Assembly (NCBI GenBank): GCA_963665115.1
Contig: OY762007.1
Location: forward strand, 6,432,001-6,496,000
Reading direction: 5' to 3'
Origin: an uncultured Rivularia sp.
GTDB taxonomy: Bacteria > Cyanobacteriota > Cyanobacteriia > Cyanobacteriales > Nostocaceae
Length of the DNA stretch: 64,000 nucleotides
In this document: positions 1 through 10,059 of the stretch, in pieces
Layout of the letters: each line of letters starts with the position of its first letter
Position numbering within the stretch: position 1 is the first letter of the stretch
Translations under genes and position numbers: made by a program
The notes under the pieces: model-generated
The model's input: only the letters and a program-made list of their open reading frames with translations
What the model was told of the DNA's origin: nothing
Databases searched by the model: none

Positions 1-1657
1 CAACTACTGAGAAGGAAATCATCTTAACAGAAATTTGGTCTGAGGTTTTGGGGGTAAATGTTGGCATTGATGATAACTTTTTTGAAATGGGAGGAGATTC
101 GATTCTCAGTATTCAAATTATTGCGAGAGCGAATCAAGCTGGGTTAACGCTTACTCCACGACAGTTGTTTCAATATCAAACCATTGCCGAACTTGCTACT
201 GTTGCCGATACAAAACCTCAAATTCAAGCGGAACAAGGTGTTATTACAGGTGAAGTACCGTTAACACCTATTCAACACTGGTTTTTTGAAGAAATATCGC
301 AAGTTAACTATTATAATCAATCGGTTTTATTGGAAGTTGTACCAAATTTGAAACCTGAATTATTAGAACAAGTTTGGCAAAAGTTACTCACACATCATGA
401 TGCTTTACGTCTGCGCTATGTGGAAAATGATTCTGAATGGCAACAGTTTTATGTAAATCCCAGCGATATTCCCTCCACTACTGTCGATTTATCGGAGTTA
501 ACAGAAAACGAGCAAAAGCAAGCAATTACAGAAATTAGTTCTCAACTGCAAACTAGTTTAAATTTATCAGAATCAATATTACAATGCGTATTATTTCAGC
601 TTGGTGCATCTAAAAATCATCGTCTTTTAATCATTGTTCATCATCTTGTAATTGATAGCGTTTCCTGGCGTATTTTGTTAACAGACTTAGTAACAGCGTA
701 TAAACAAATTGAAACTGGACTAAATATAGAATTACCACCGAAAACAACTTCATTCCAAACTTGGGCAAATCAATTGATTAACTATGGTCAATCGCAAACG
801 GTTGTGGATGAATTAAATTATTGGTTGTCTGTAAATTCTCAAGTTTCCTTACCTATCGATTATCAAAATAACGAAACCCAAAATACAATTTCTTCTACTG
901 CTGAAGTAAGCACAATCTTAAATGCAGAACAAACCTGCACTTTATTAGAAGAAGTTCCAAAAGCTTATAAAACCCAAATCAACGATATTTTACTCACCGC
1001 ATTATTACAAAGTTTTAATCAGTGGACAAACGTATCAAGCTTACTGATATATTTAGAAGGACATGGAAGAGAAGATGTATTCTCAGATGTAGATTTATCA
1101 CGTACAGTTGGTTGGTTCACAACTATATTTCCAGTGGTTTTAAAATTAGATAATAATCGTAACTTAGAAGTAATAATCAAATCAGTAAAAGAACAACTCC
1201 GACAAATACCTGCTCGCGGATTCGGTTACGGATTACTACGCTATCTGAGCAACGATGAAACCATAAAAACCCGTTTAGAAAATCAACAACAAGCCCAGAT
1301 AAAATTTAACTACTTAGGAAAACTTGACTTAAGTACAGATTCCTTAATTTTAGGACTAGCAAAAGAACCCACAGGAAACAACTACAGTCCCCTCAAGGAA
1401 AGCGTCAATATTTAATAGAAATAAACTCATGGGTTTCCGAAGAAAAACTGCAATTTAATTGGAACTATAGCCGCAATATTCATCAACAAACAACTATCGA
1501 AAATCTAGCACAAACATATATTACCAACTTGCAAATTTTAATTACTCATTGTAAATCTCCAGATTCAGGAGGTTACACTCCCTCAGACTTCAAAGCAGCC
1601 AACCTTAACCAAAAACAACTTGATAAATTCATGTCAAAAATAAAAAATAAAAAATAG
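1..1657 (+). CDS. NRPS, 3' part (PCP - epimerization domain - COM donor tail); 5' end outside window; frameshift at ~1389-1392
   Basis: PCP motif FFEMGGDSI (E-type PCP); E motifs HHLVIDSVSW, EGHGRE, RTVGWFT, FNYLG. ORF 48-1415 continues in another frame after the CCCC run (QGKRQYLIEINSW...GGYTPSDF...KNKK, TAG at 1655-1657). Confidence 0.93.
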
Positions 1658-1690
1658 TTAGTTGTTAGTTGTTAATTCTTCACTCCAAAC

Positions 1691-1715
1691 AGACGTAGCA
1701 ATGCTACGTCTCTAC
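1691..1715 (-). repeat. GTAG-type REP-like palindrome (GTAGAGACG...CGTCT family)
   Basis: agacgtagcaatgctacgtctctac; identical copy at 13581-13605, related copies throughout the window. Confidence 0.85.
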
Positions 1716-1758
1716 ACTATTTCCTGTTCCCTATTCCCTATTCCCTCTTAATAAAAAA

Positions 1759-4700
1759 ATGGATAACATAATAGACTTATACGAACTTTCCCCCATGCAA
1801 CAAGGGATGCTATTTCATTCCCTATACTCCCCCGAATCGGGAATTTACTTTGAACAACGTAACTGTAAACTAAAAGGTAATCTCAATATTTCAGCTTTCA
1901 AAACCGCATGGCAAAAAGTCATAGAACGTCATACAATTTTACGCACAGCTTTCTATTGGGAAGAAGTAGAAAAACCTCTACAAGTTGTACATAAACAAGT
2001 TGATTTATCTTGGATTGAAGAGAATTGGCAAGATTTCATTATTAATCAACAAAATGATAAATTAGAAGAATTTTTACAAGCAGATAGACAGCAAGGATTT
2101 GATTTAAATCAACCTCCCTTAATGCGCTGTGCTTTATTACAAATACAAACATCGGAATATTATTTTGTTTGGAGTCACCATCACTTATTAATGGATGGTT
2201 GGTGTAACGGAATCTTATTAAAAGAAGTTTTCAGTTTTTATCAAGCAGCAATCAGTGGTAAATCGCTATTTTTACCACATCCACGTCCTTATCGCGATTA
2301 TATCCAATGGTTACAGCAGCAAGATATTGCTTTATCAAAAAAATTTTGGCGAGATAAACTCAAAGGTTTTATAGCACCAACTCCGTTAATTAAAGATAGT
2401 CGAACCGTCACATATCAACAAGATATCGTAAGCGAACAACAAATTCAATTACCTATTAAATTAACAACTGATCTTCAAAATTTAGCACAAGAAAACCGCT
2501 TGACTTTAAATACCATTTCTCAAGGAATTTGGGCAATACTCTTAAGTCGCTACAGTGGAGAAAATGACATCGTATTTGGAGCCACAGTATCCGGTCGTCC
2601 GCCGAATTTACCTGGTGTAGAATCAATAGTAGGTTTATTTATCAATACCTTACCTGTACGAGTAAATCTATCTGGAGACAAAGAATTATTACCTTGGTTG
2701 CAACAATTACAAACTCAGCAAATTGAACAAGAATCTTTTTCTTATAGTTCGTTAATTGATATTAAACAGTGGAGTGATGTACTTCCTGGAGTAGGATTAT
2801 TTGAAAGTTTAGTTATCTTTGAAAACTATCCGGTGTCAATCGATGCTGTTTTACAGGGATGGAGCGATGATTTACAAATTACTCAAGCTAAAGGTTTTGA
2901 ACGCACTAATTACCCTCTTTCACTAACAGTTATTCCTGGTGCAGAACTGTCATTACGGATTAACTATGACAGCAACCGTTTTGAATCGGCAACCATTACC
3001 AGAATGTTAGGTCATTTAGAAACATTATTACAAGGTATCGTCACAAATCCGCAACAAAAACCGTGGGAATTACCTTTATTAACCGCAATAGAAAAACAGC
3101 AATTACTAGTTGACTGGAATGATACTAACTGCGATTATTCAAACCTTTGTATTCATCAATTATTTGCAGCACAAGCGGAGAAAACACCGGATAAAATAGC
3201 AGTTATATTTGAATCGCAACAGCTTACATATAAAGAGTTAAATCAAAAAGCAAATCAACTTGCTCATTATTTAAAATCGGTTGGTGTAGAAGAAGAAACG
3301 CGGGTTGGAATTTGTTTAGAGCGTTCTGAAAAAATGCTCGTGGGGTTGTTGGGTATTTTGAAAGCGGGTGGAACTTATATTCCTTTAGATCCAGCTTTTC
3401 CTGAAGAACGTTTGACGTTTATGCTGGAAGATTCGGGGGTGAATTTTTTAATTACAGATTCTCGAATCTCACCCCTAACCCCTCTCCTTGTTAAGGAGAA
3501 GGGAAAAGAATCTGAAACCCCTCTCCTTGATAAGGAGAGGGGAGATAAAGCTGTGCTTTATCGGGGTGAGGTTATTAACATTGATAATGACTGGGAATTA
3601 ATTGAGAAACAATCTTCTGGAAATCTAGCAATTCAAACAACCCCGGAAGATTTAGCCTATATTATCTACACTTCGGGTTCTACAGGTAAACCCAAAGGAG
3701 TGCAAATTATGCACAAATCCTTGGTTAACTGTCTTGAATCAATGCAACAAAAACCGGGAATCACATCAAATGATGTTTTGCTATCAGTAACTACACTATC
3801 TTTTGATATTGCTGGATTAGAATTATATTTACCTTTAATTACAGGTGCTATATTAATTATTGCTAGTAGAGAAACTGCAACTGATGGAATAAGATTAGCG
3901 CAAAGTATTGAAACAAATCAAGCAACAATAATGCAAGCGACTCCCGCAACTTGGAGGTTATTGCTAACAGCAGGTTGGAAGGGTAATCGACAGTTAAAAG
4001 TTCTTTGTGGTGGTGAAGCTTTAGATATAAATGTTGCTGAAGAATTATTGAAACGTAGTAAAGAAGTATGGAATTTATACGGTCCGACGGAAGCAACTAT
4101 TTGGTCATCTGTAACTGAATGTAGAGACGTTAAATTTAACGTCTCCCAAAATGTCCCTACATCTGTTCCGATTGGTAAACCAGTTAATAATACCCAGTTT
4201 TACGTTTTAAATGATTATTTACAACCCGTTCCGATTGGTGTTCCGGGAGAATTATATATTGGTGGTACAGGATTAGCAAAGGGTTATTTAAATAAACCAG
4301 AATTAACAGCCCAAAAATTTATTCCCAATCCATTTTCTTATTCTACCCCCTCTTCCCTCTCTACCCCCTCTTCCCCCTCTAATCTTTATAAGACGGGAGA
4401 TTCAGTACGTTATTTACCTGACGGTAATTTGGAATATTTGGGACGAATTGATTATCAAGTTAAGTTACGTGGTTTTCGGATTGAGTTAGGAGAAATTGAA
4501 GCGGTTTTGATTCAGCATTCTCTTGTAAAACAAGCGGTGGTGACATTATATAAAAATCAAGATGATGAAAAATTAATTGCTTATGTGGTTCCCTCTTCAG
4601 AAATATCGCAAACTGAATTAAGGCAGTTTTTGCAGGGTAAATTACCCGCTTATATGATTCCTTCTAGCTACATAATGTTAGAAGAATTTCCGCTTACACC

Positions 4701-7700
4701 AAATCGTAAAATTGACCAAAAAGCTTTACCAATACCAGATGACATAAACCAAATATCAAATAAAACGCCAAGATATATTCCACCACGTACCGTTACTGAG
4801 GAGATAGTAGCTGGTATTTGGGCTGAGGTGTTGAATTTACAACAGGTTAGCATTGACGATAATTTCTTTGAATTGGGAGGACATTCTTTACTCGCAACCC
4901 GCGTCAATTCTCAAGTCAGACAAGCTTTTGCTGTAGAATTACCATTGCGATCGCACTTTGAAAAACCTACTATCACAGAACTTGCGATTTGTATCGAAAC
5001 AGCTACCCGAAAATCAGTAGCACCACCGATTGAACCCGTCCCTCGTGAAGGAAATTTACCTCTATCCTTTGCTCAACAACGACTGTGGTTTTTATGTCAG
5101 TTAGAATCCGATAGTCCCTACTATAATATCCCCGCAGCCGTAAGGTTAACTGGCTCGCTCAATATTGACGCTTTAAAACAAAGTTTAAATGATATTGTAC
5201 GTCGTCACGAAACTCTACGCACGGCGTTTTCAACTGTTGACGGACAACCCACACAGCAAATTCATGCGGTTGATTCGCTACCTTTTTCAATTATTGATTT
5301 AAGTAATATTGATGAATCAACACGGGAAACTAAAATCGAGGGATTAGCGCGAATTGAAGCAATGCAATCCTTTAAACTCGATAGTAGTCCTTTGCTGCGA
5401 GTGAAATTATTACAGTTAAGCGATACAGACCATGTAATTTTACTTACTTTTCATCATATTATTGCCGACGGCTGGTCAATTGGGGTTTTGGTGCGAGAAT
5501 TAGGCATTTTGTATCAAACATATCTTCAAAAACCTAACCCCCCAACCCCCTTCCCTACCAGGGAAGGGGGAGAAGTCAAAGCCTCTCGCCTTGTAGGAGA
5601 GAGGTTTTTTAATTCACTATCACAATTACCAATTCAATATGCCGATTTCGCTGTTTGGCAAAGAGAATGGTTACAAGGGGAAGTATTAGAAAATCAACTG
5701 AATTATTGGCAAGAGCAGTTACAAAGTGCGTCAATCTTGTTAGAATTGCCTACAGATTATCCACGTCCTGCTGTTAGAAGTTTAAGAGGAGATAGCTACA
5801 CTTTTCAAATTTGTCTAGAATTAACCGCAGCCCTGAAACGCTTAAGTCAACAGTCAGGTTGTACTTTATTTATGACGCTGTTAGCAGCTTTTCAAACTTT
5901 ACTTTATCGCTACACGGGTAATGAGGATATAGTTGTTGGAACCAGCATTGCTAATCGTAATTATCCGGAAATTGAAGGGCTAATTGGCTTTTTTGTCAAT
6001 ACTTTGGCATTGCGAACTGATTTATCAGAAAATCCGACTTTTGAGGAATTATTGAATCGGGTACGAGAAGTTTCGTTAGGTGCTTACGCTCATCAAGATT
6101 TACCTTTTGAACAACTTGTAGATAGTTTACAACTCCAACGTTCTTTAAGTTATACTCCATTATTTCAAGTGATGTTCGTGCTGCAAAATGCGCCAATGGA
6201 AGCTTTAGAAATTGAAGGTTTGCATTGGGAACCCCTTGAAAGTAATAGTAGCACTGCAAAGTTTGATTTAACTTTGTCAATGCAGGAAACTTCAGAAGGT
6301 TTGACAGGAGTATTGGAATATAGTTTAGATTTATTTGATTTAGAAACTATTGAGCGAATCGCAGGAAATTATCTAAGTTTATTAACAGCAATTATTGATG
6401 AACCAGAGCAGCAAATATCTGAGTTACCGATTTTAACTACATCGGAACAGCAATTACTTGAGGAATGGAATCAAACCACAATAGAATATCCGCGAGATAA
6501 ATGCGTGCATCAACTATTTGAGGAACAAGTTCAACAAATACCGAATAGTACAGCACTTGTTTGGCAAAATAAAGAATTAAATCAAAAACTTACATATGAT
6601 GAATTAAATATCAGAGTTAATCAACTAGCTCATCATCTCATAGGCTTAGGAGTCAAACCACAAACACCAGTTGGTATTTATATAGAACGTTCCCCAGAAG
6701 CTATTATTGGCATATTAGCAATTCTTAAAGCAGGAGGAATTTATGTTCCTTTAGATCCAGCATATCCCCAAGAACGGTTAACTTTTATGTTGGAAGATGC
6801 TGGGGTAGAATTTTTGATTACAGATTCTAAAACCTCACAAACCTCACCCCCAGCCCCTCTCCTTAACAAGGAGAGGGGAAAAGAATTCACAACCCCTCTC
6901 CTTAATAAGGAGAGGGGTGATAAAGCGCAGCTTTATCGGGGTGAGGTTATTAATCTTGATAAGAATTGGGAAATAATTAATCAAAATAGTGCTAAAAATC
7001 CTATTGAGTTACTAACACCAGAAAACTTAGCGTATATCATGTACACTTCTGGATCAACCGGGATACCAAAAGGGGTTTGTACAACACATCGAGGAATTGT
7101 CCGCTTAGTCAAATCGAGTAATTACGTTAATTTAAGTGCAGAAGAAATTATTTTACAAGCTGCGCCAATTTCCTTCGACGCTTCCACATTTGAAATTTGG
7201 GGTGCTTTACTCAACGGAGGAAAATTAGTTCTTTTACCAACTCAAAAACCTTCATTAAAAGAGTTGGGAGAAACATTAGAAAAATATCATATTTCAACTC
7301 TGTGGTTAACAGCAGGTTTATTTCATCTAATGGTAGATGAACAACCCCAAAGTTTAAAAAGTGTTCGACAATTATTAGCTGGTGGAGATGTCATATCACC
7401 AATTCATGCTCAGAAACTACAGCAAATCCATCCAAACTGTCAGTTAATTAACGGTTATGGTCCTACAGAAAGCACAACATTTGCTTGCTGTTATTCTGTT
7501 CCTAAAAATCACCCAGCAGACAAACCAATACCAATAGGTTATCCAATTTCTAACACCCAAGTTTACATTTTAGATAGTCATTTACAACCCGTTCCTATAG
7601 GTGTCCCCGGTGAATTATATATTAGTGGTGATGGTTTAGCTCGTGGTTATTTGAATCGTGCAGAATTAACCGCAGAAAAATTTATTCCCAACCCGTTTTT

Positions 7701-9822
7701 TGAAGGCAGAAGGCAGAAGGCAGAAGGCAGAACAATGCCCAATGCCCAATGCCCAATGCCTAAATTATATAAAACTGGTGACAAAGTTAGTTATCGGATG
7801 GATGGTGCGATTGAATACCTCGGTCGTTTCGATAATCAAGTTAAAATTCGGGGTTTCCGAGTTGAATTAGGAGAAGTTGAAACTGCTTTATCTCAACATC
7901 CGCAGGTTCAAGAAGTTGTTGTCATTGTACAAAATCAAGACAATATTCAAAGGTTAGTTGCTTATTTTGTACCAGTTGTATGTAGAGACGAGATAGATCG
8001 CGTCTCTTCTAATAATTTAGGAAGTTTTTTAAGCGATAAACTCCCAGAATACCTCATTCCTTCCATCTTTATATCTCTCCCAGAATTACCTCTTACAGCT
8101 AACGGAAAAGTAAATCGTCGCGCTCTTCCTAATCCAGATATTATCACCTCAGAAGATGAATTTGTAACTCCCACAACTCCAATTGAAACAGCACTCGCAC
8201 AAATTTGGGTGGATATTTTGCGACTTGAAAAAGTAGGAATTAACGACAACTTCTTTGAATTAGGGGGAGATTCAATTTTAGCAATTCAAATTATTAGTCG
8301 CGCTAATCAAGCGGGAATTCAAATTACACCAAAACAGTTATTTCAACATCAAACTATCGCTGAACTAACAACTATCGCAACTCAAACCCCGTTAATAAAA
8401 GCCGAACAAGGAATTATTACAGGTTTTGTTCCCCTTACACCGATTCAACATTGGTTCTTTGAACAGCAAAAATCAAATCCTCATCACTTCAATCAAGCTG
8501 TTTTACTCAAAGTTAAAACCAAGCTCAATTTAAACTGGTTAGAACAAGCATTGCAAGAATTATTATTACATCATGATGCATTTCGACTGCGATTTGAGCA
8601 AACCGAATCTGGTTGGAAACAGTTTCATACCGAACCATTACCAGAAGTTCCTTTTACCTGTTTTGACCTTTCTAAACTCACAGATTCACAGCAACAAAAT
8701 GCAATTACAAATGTCGCCAATCAAATCCAGAAAAGTCTCAATTTTTCAACAGGTTCAGTAATACGAGTTGCATTATTTAACTTAGGTGAAAATCAAGCAA
8801 GTCGCTTACTATTTGTAATTCACCATTTAGTAATTGACGGCGTTTCTTGGCGAATATTATTATCAGACTTACAAACCGGATACGAACAACTAAGTCAAGC
8901 AAAAGCAATTCAACTCCCATTGAAAACCACTTCATTTAAACAATGGGCAGAACATTTGCAGACATATGCAAATGACCTCTCCCTAACCCTCTCCTACAAT
9001 GAGAGGGAACAAGATTCAAAGTCTCTCGACCATGCCGAGAGAGATTTCCCCAACACAATTGCTACCAACGAACAAATAGAAATTGTACTTTCCTCAGAAC
9101 ACACCCAAGCATTATTAAAAGAAGTTCCGACAACATATAACACCCAAATTAACGACATATTACTAACAGCTTTAGTTAAAACATTTGCTCAATTGACAGG
9201 CAAATCATCACTTTTAATTGATTTAGAAGGACATGGAAGAAGCGAATTATTTGAGAACCTTAACTTATCCCGCACAATTGGTTGGTTCACAAATATAGTC
9301 CCAGTCAACTTAGATTTAGGAGAATTAGCAGATATTAATAATCTAGAAGAAGCAATCAAATGCATCAAAGAACAATTACGTATACCTAACAATGGTATAG
9401 ATTATAGTGTATGGCGATATCTTAAAGAAAATAAAAACCAGAATTTTGAATTAACAAAACCTGAAATTAGCTTTAACTATCTAGGACAATTCGACTCGAT
9501 GTTAGCAACATCAAACGTATTTGAATTAGCACAAGAATCACTCGGCTTAACCCAAGATATCAACTCAGAAAGACCATATATACTAGAAATTAACGGTTCA
9601 ATAATTGAAAAAAAACTTAAATTTACTTGGACTTATAATAAGCATTTTTACGATAAATCGCTAATAGATAATTTAGGCGAAAAATATCTAGAAACACTAA
9701 TAAAATTAATCGAACATTGTCAATCTCCTGAAGCTAGTGGTTACACACCCTCAGATTTTTCTTTAGCAGAAATTGAGCAAAATCAATTAGATGATATTTT
9801 AGCGAGAGTTGATTTTGAGTGA
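1759..9822 (+). CDS. Two-module NRPS: C-A(Gly)-PCP-C-A(Val)-PCP-E, no thioesterase
   Basis: C motifs HHHLLMDGW and HHIIADGWS; A motifs YTSGSTG, YGPTE, LYKTGD; PCPs GGHSL and GGDSI; E motif HHLVIDGVSW. Specificity codes read by manual alignment to GrsA: DILQLGLIWK (Gly) and DAFWLGGTFK (Val). Confidence 0.95.
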   Translation: MDNIIDLYELSPMQQGMLFHSLYSPESGIYFEQRNCKLKGNLNISAFKTAWQKVIERHTILRTAFYWEEVEKPLQVVHKQVDLSWIEENWQDFIINQQNDKLEEFLQADRQQGFDLNQPPLMRCALLQIQTSEYYFVWSHHHLLMDGWCNGILLKEVFSFYQAAISGKSLFLPHPRPYRDYIQWLQQQDIALSKKFWRDKLKGFIAPTPLIKDSRTVTYQQDIVSEQQIQLPIKLTTDLQNLAQENRLTLNTISQGIWAILLSRYSGENDIVFGATVSGRPPNLPGVESIVGLFINTLPVRVNLSGDKELLPWLQQLQTQQIEQESFSYSSLIDIKQWSDVLPGVGLFESLVIFENYPVSIDAVLQGWSDDLQITQAKGFERTNYPLSLTVIPGAELSLRINYDSNRFESATITRMLGHLETLLQGIVTNPQQKPWELPLLTAIEKQQLLVDWNDTNCDYSNLCIHQLFAAQAEKTPDKIAVIFESQQLTYKELNQKANQLAHYLKSVGVEEETRVGICLERSEKMLVGLLGILKAGGTYIPLDPAFPEERLTFMLEDSGVNFLITDSRISPLTPLLVKEKGKESETPLLDKERGDKAVLYRGEVINIDNDWELIEKQSSGNLAIQTTPEDLAYIIYTSGSTGKPKGVQIMHKSLVNCLESMQQKPGITSNDVLLSVTTLSFDIAGLELYLPLITGAILIIASRETATDGIRLAQSIETNQATIMQATPATWRLLLTAGWKGNRQLKVLCGGEALDINVAEELLKRSKEVWNLYGPTEATIWSSVTECRDVKFNVSQNVPTSVPIGKPVNNTQFYVLNDYLQPVPIGVPGELYIGGTGLAKGYLNKPELTAQKFIPNPFSYSTPSSLSTPSSPSNLYKTGDSVRYLPDGNLEYLGRIDYQVKLRGFRIELGEIEAVLIQHSLVKQAVVTLYKNQDDEKLIAYVVPSSEISQTELRQFLQGKLPAYMIPSSYIMLEEFPLTPNRKIDQKALPIPDDINQISNKTPRYIPPRTVTEEIVAGIWAEVLNLQQVSIDDNFFELGGHSLLATRVNSQVRQAFAVELPLRSHFEKPTITELAICIETATRKSVAPPIEPVPREGNLPLSFAQQRLWFLCQLESDSPYYNIPAAVRLTGSLNIDALKQSLNDIVRRHETLRTAFSTVDGQPTQQIHAVDSLPFSIIDLSNIDESTRETKIEGLARIEAMQSFKLDSSPLLRVKLLQLSDTDHVILLTFHHIIADGWSIGVLVRELGILYQTYLQKPNPPTPFPTREGGEVKASRLVGERFFNSLSQLPIQYADFAVWQREWLQGEVLENQLNYWQEQLQSASILLELPTDYPRPAVRSLRGDSYTFQICLELTAALKRLSQQSGCTLFMTLLAAFQTLLYRYTGNEDIVVGTSIANRNYPEIEGLIGFFVNTLALRTDLSENPTFEELLNRVREVSLGAYAHQDLPFEQLVDSLQLQRSLSYTPLFQVMFVLQNAPMEALEIEGLHWEPLESNSSTAKFDLTLSMQETSEGLTGVLEYSLDLFDLETIERIAGNYLSLLTAIIDEPEQQISELPILTTSEQQLLEEWNQTTIEYPRDKCVHQLFEEQVQQIPNSTALVWQNKELNQKLTYDELNIRVNQLAHHLIGLGVKPQTPVGIYIERSPEAIIGILAILKAGGIYVPLDPAYPQERLTFMLEDAGVEFLITDSKTSQTSPPAPLLNKERGKEFTTPLLNKERGDKAQLYRGEVINLDKNWEIINQNSAKNPIELLTPENLAYIMYTSGSTGIPKGVCTTHRGIVRLVKSSNYVNLSAEEIILQAAPISFDASTFEIWGALLNGGKLVLLPTQKPSLKELGETLEKYHISTLWLTAGLFHLMVDEQPQSLKSVRQLLAGGDVISPIHAQKLQQIHPNCQLINGYGPTESTTFACCYSVPKNHPADKPIPIGYPISNTQVYILDSHLQPVPIGVPGELYISGDGLARGYLNRAELTAEKFIPNPFFEGRRQKAEGRTMPNAQCPMPKLYKTGDKVSYRMDGAIEYLGRFDNQVKIRGFRVELGEVETALSQHPQVQEVVVIVQNQDNIQRLVAYFVPVVCRDEIDRVSSNNLGSFLSDKLPEYLIPSIFISLPELPLTANGKVNRRALPNPDIITSEDEFVTPTTPIETALAQIWVDILRLEKVGINDNFFELGGDSILAIQIISRANQAGIQITPKQLFQHQTIAELTTIATQTPLIKAEQGIITGFVPLTPIQHWFFEQQKSNPHHFNQAVLLKVKTKLNLNWLEQALQELLLHHDAFRLRFEQTESGWKQFHTEPLPEVPFTCFDLSKLTDSQQQNAITNVANQIQKSLNFSTGSVIRVALFNLGENQASRLLFVIHHLVIDGVSWRILLSDLQTGYEQLSQAKAIQLPLKTTSFKQWAEHLQTYANDLSLTLSYNEREQDSKSLDHAERDFPNTIATNEQIEIVLSSEHTQALLKEVPTTYNTQINDILLTALVKTFAQLTGKSSLLIDLEGHGRSELFENLNLSRTIGWFTNIVPVNLDLGELADINNLEEAIKCIKEQLRIPNNGIDYSVWRYLKENKNQNFELTKPEISFNYLGQFDSMLATSNVFELAQESLGLTQDINSERPYILEINGSIIEKKLKFTWTYNKHFYDKSLIDNLGEKYLETLIKLIEHCQSPEASGYTPSDFSLAEIEQNQLDDILARVDFE
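3465..3573. mobile_element. 109-bp multi-hairpin repeat element inserted in frame in NRPS A1 domain
   Basis: Terminal IR ctcacccc/ggggtgag, internal hairpins ccctctcctt-N3-aaggagaaggg, cccctctcctt-N3-aaggagagggg and gataaagc-N3-gctttatc; encodes SPLTPLLVKEKGKESETPLLDKERGDKAVLYRGEV. Confidence 0.8.
4120..4145 (+). repeat. GTAGAGACG REP-like palindrome in frame in NRPS A1 (CRDVKFNVS)
   Basis: tgtagagacgttaaatttaacgtctc, same family as intergenic copies. Confidence 0.8.
5529..5608. repeat. Double-hairpin repeat in frame in second C domain (KPNPPTPFPTREGGEVKASRLVGERF)
   Basis: Hairpins cccccttccct/agggaaggggg and cctctc/gagagg; related to the 109-bp element. Confidence 0.7.
6840..6948. mobile_element. 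109-bp multi-hairpin repeat element inserted in frame in NRPS A2 domain
   Basis: Perfect terminal IR aacctcacccc/ggggtgaggtt and the same three hairpins as 3465-3573, at the homologous position after FLITDS. Confidence 0.82.
7702..7760 (+). repeat. STRR heptamer arrays (GAAGGCA, CAATGCC) in frame in NRPS A2
   Basis: (gaaggca)4 then (caatgcc)4, translated EGRRQKAEGRTMPNAQCPMP. Confidence 0.85.
7981..8007 (+). repeat. GTAGAGACG REP-like palindrome in frame in NRPS A2 (CRDEIDRVS)
   Basis: tgtagagacgagatagatcgcgtctct. Confidence 0.7.
8975..9047. repeat. Degenerate double-hairpin repeat in frame in terminal E domain
   Basis: ccctctc...gagaggg and tctctcg...cgagaga hairpins, translated DLSLTLSYNEREQDSKSLDHAERDF. 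Confidence 0.6.
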
Positions 9823-10059
9823 ATATTGGATTTAATTGTAGGGTGCTTTACCCATGAGTATATCCTACCGGATACACTCCGTTAACGCACTACCTACCAC
9901 CTGTTTTGTAATTGCTTGCTTAATGATAAAATTCTTGTATAAGTACTGTACGTATATTAATCAAAGTGCCGTAAAATCTCTTCTTTATAGACTCAGTAGA
10001 GTAATTGATTTTTAGCAGACTTAATCCCCAACAGGTAATCAAGTCACGTAAAATAACCT

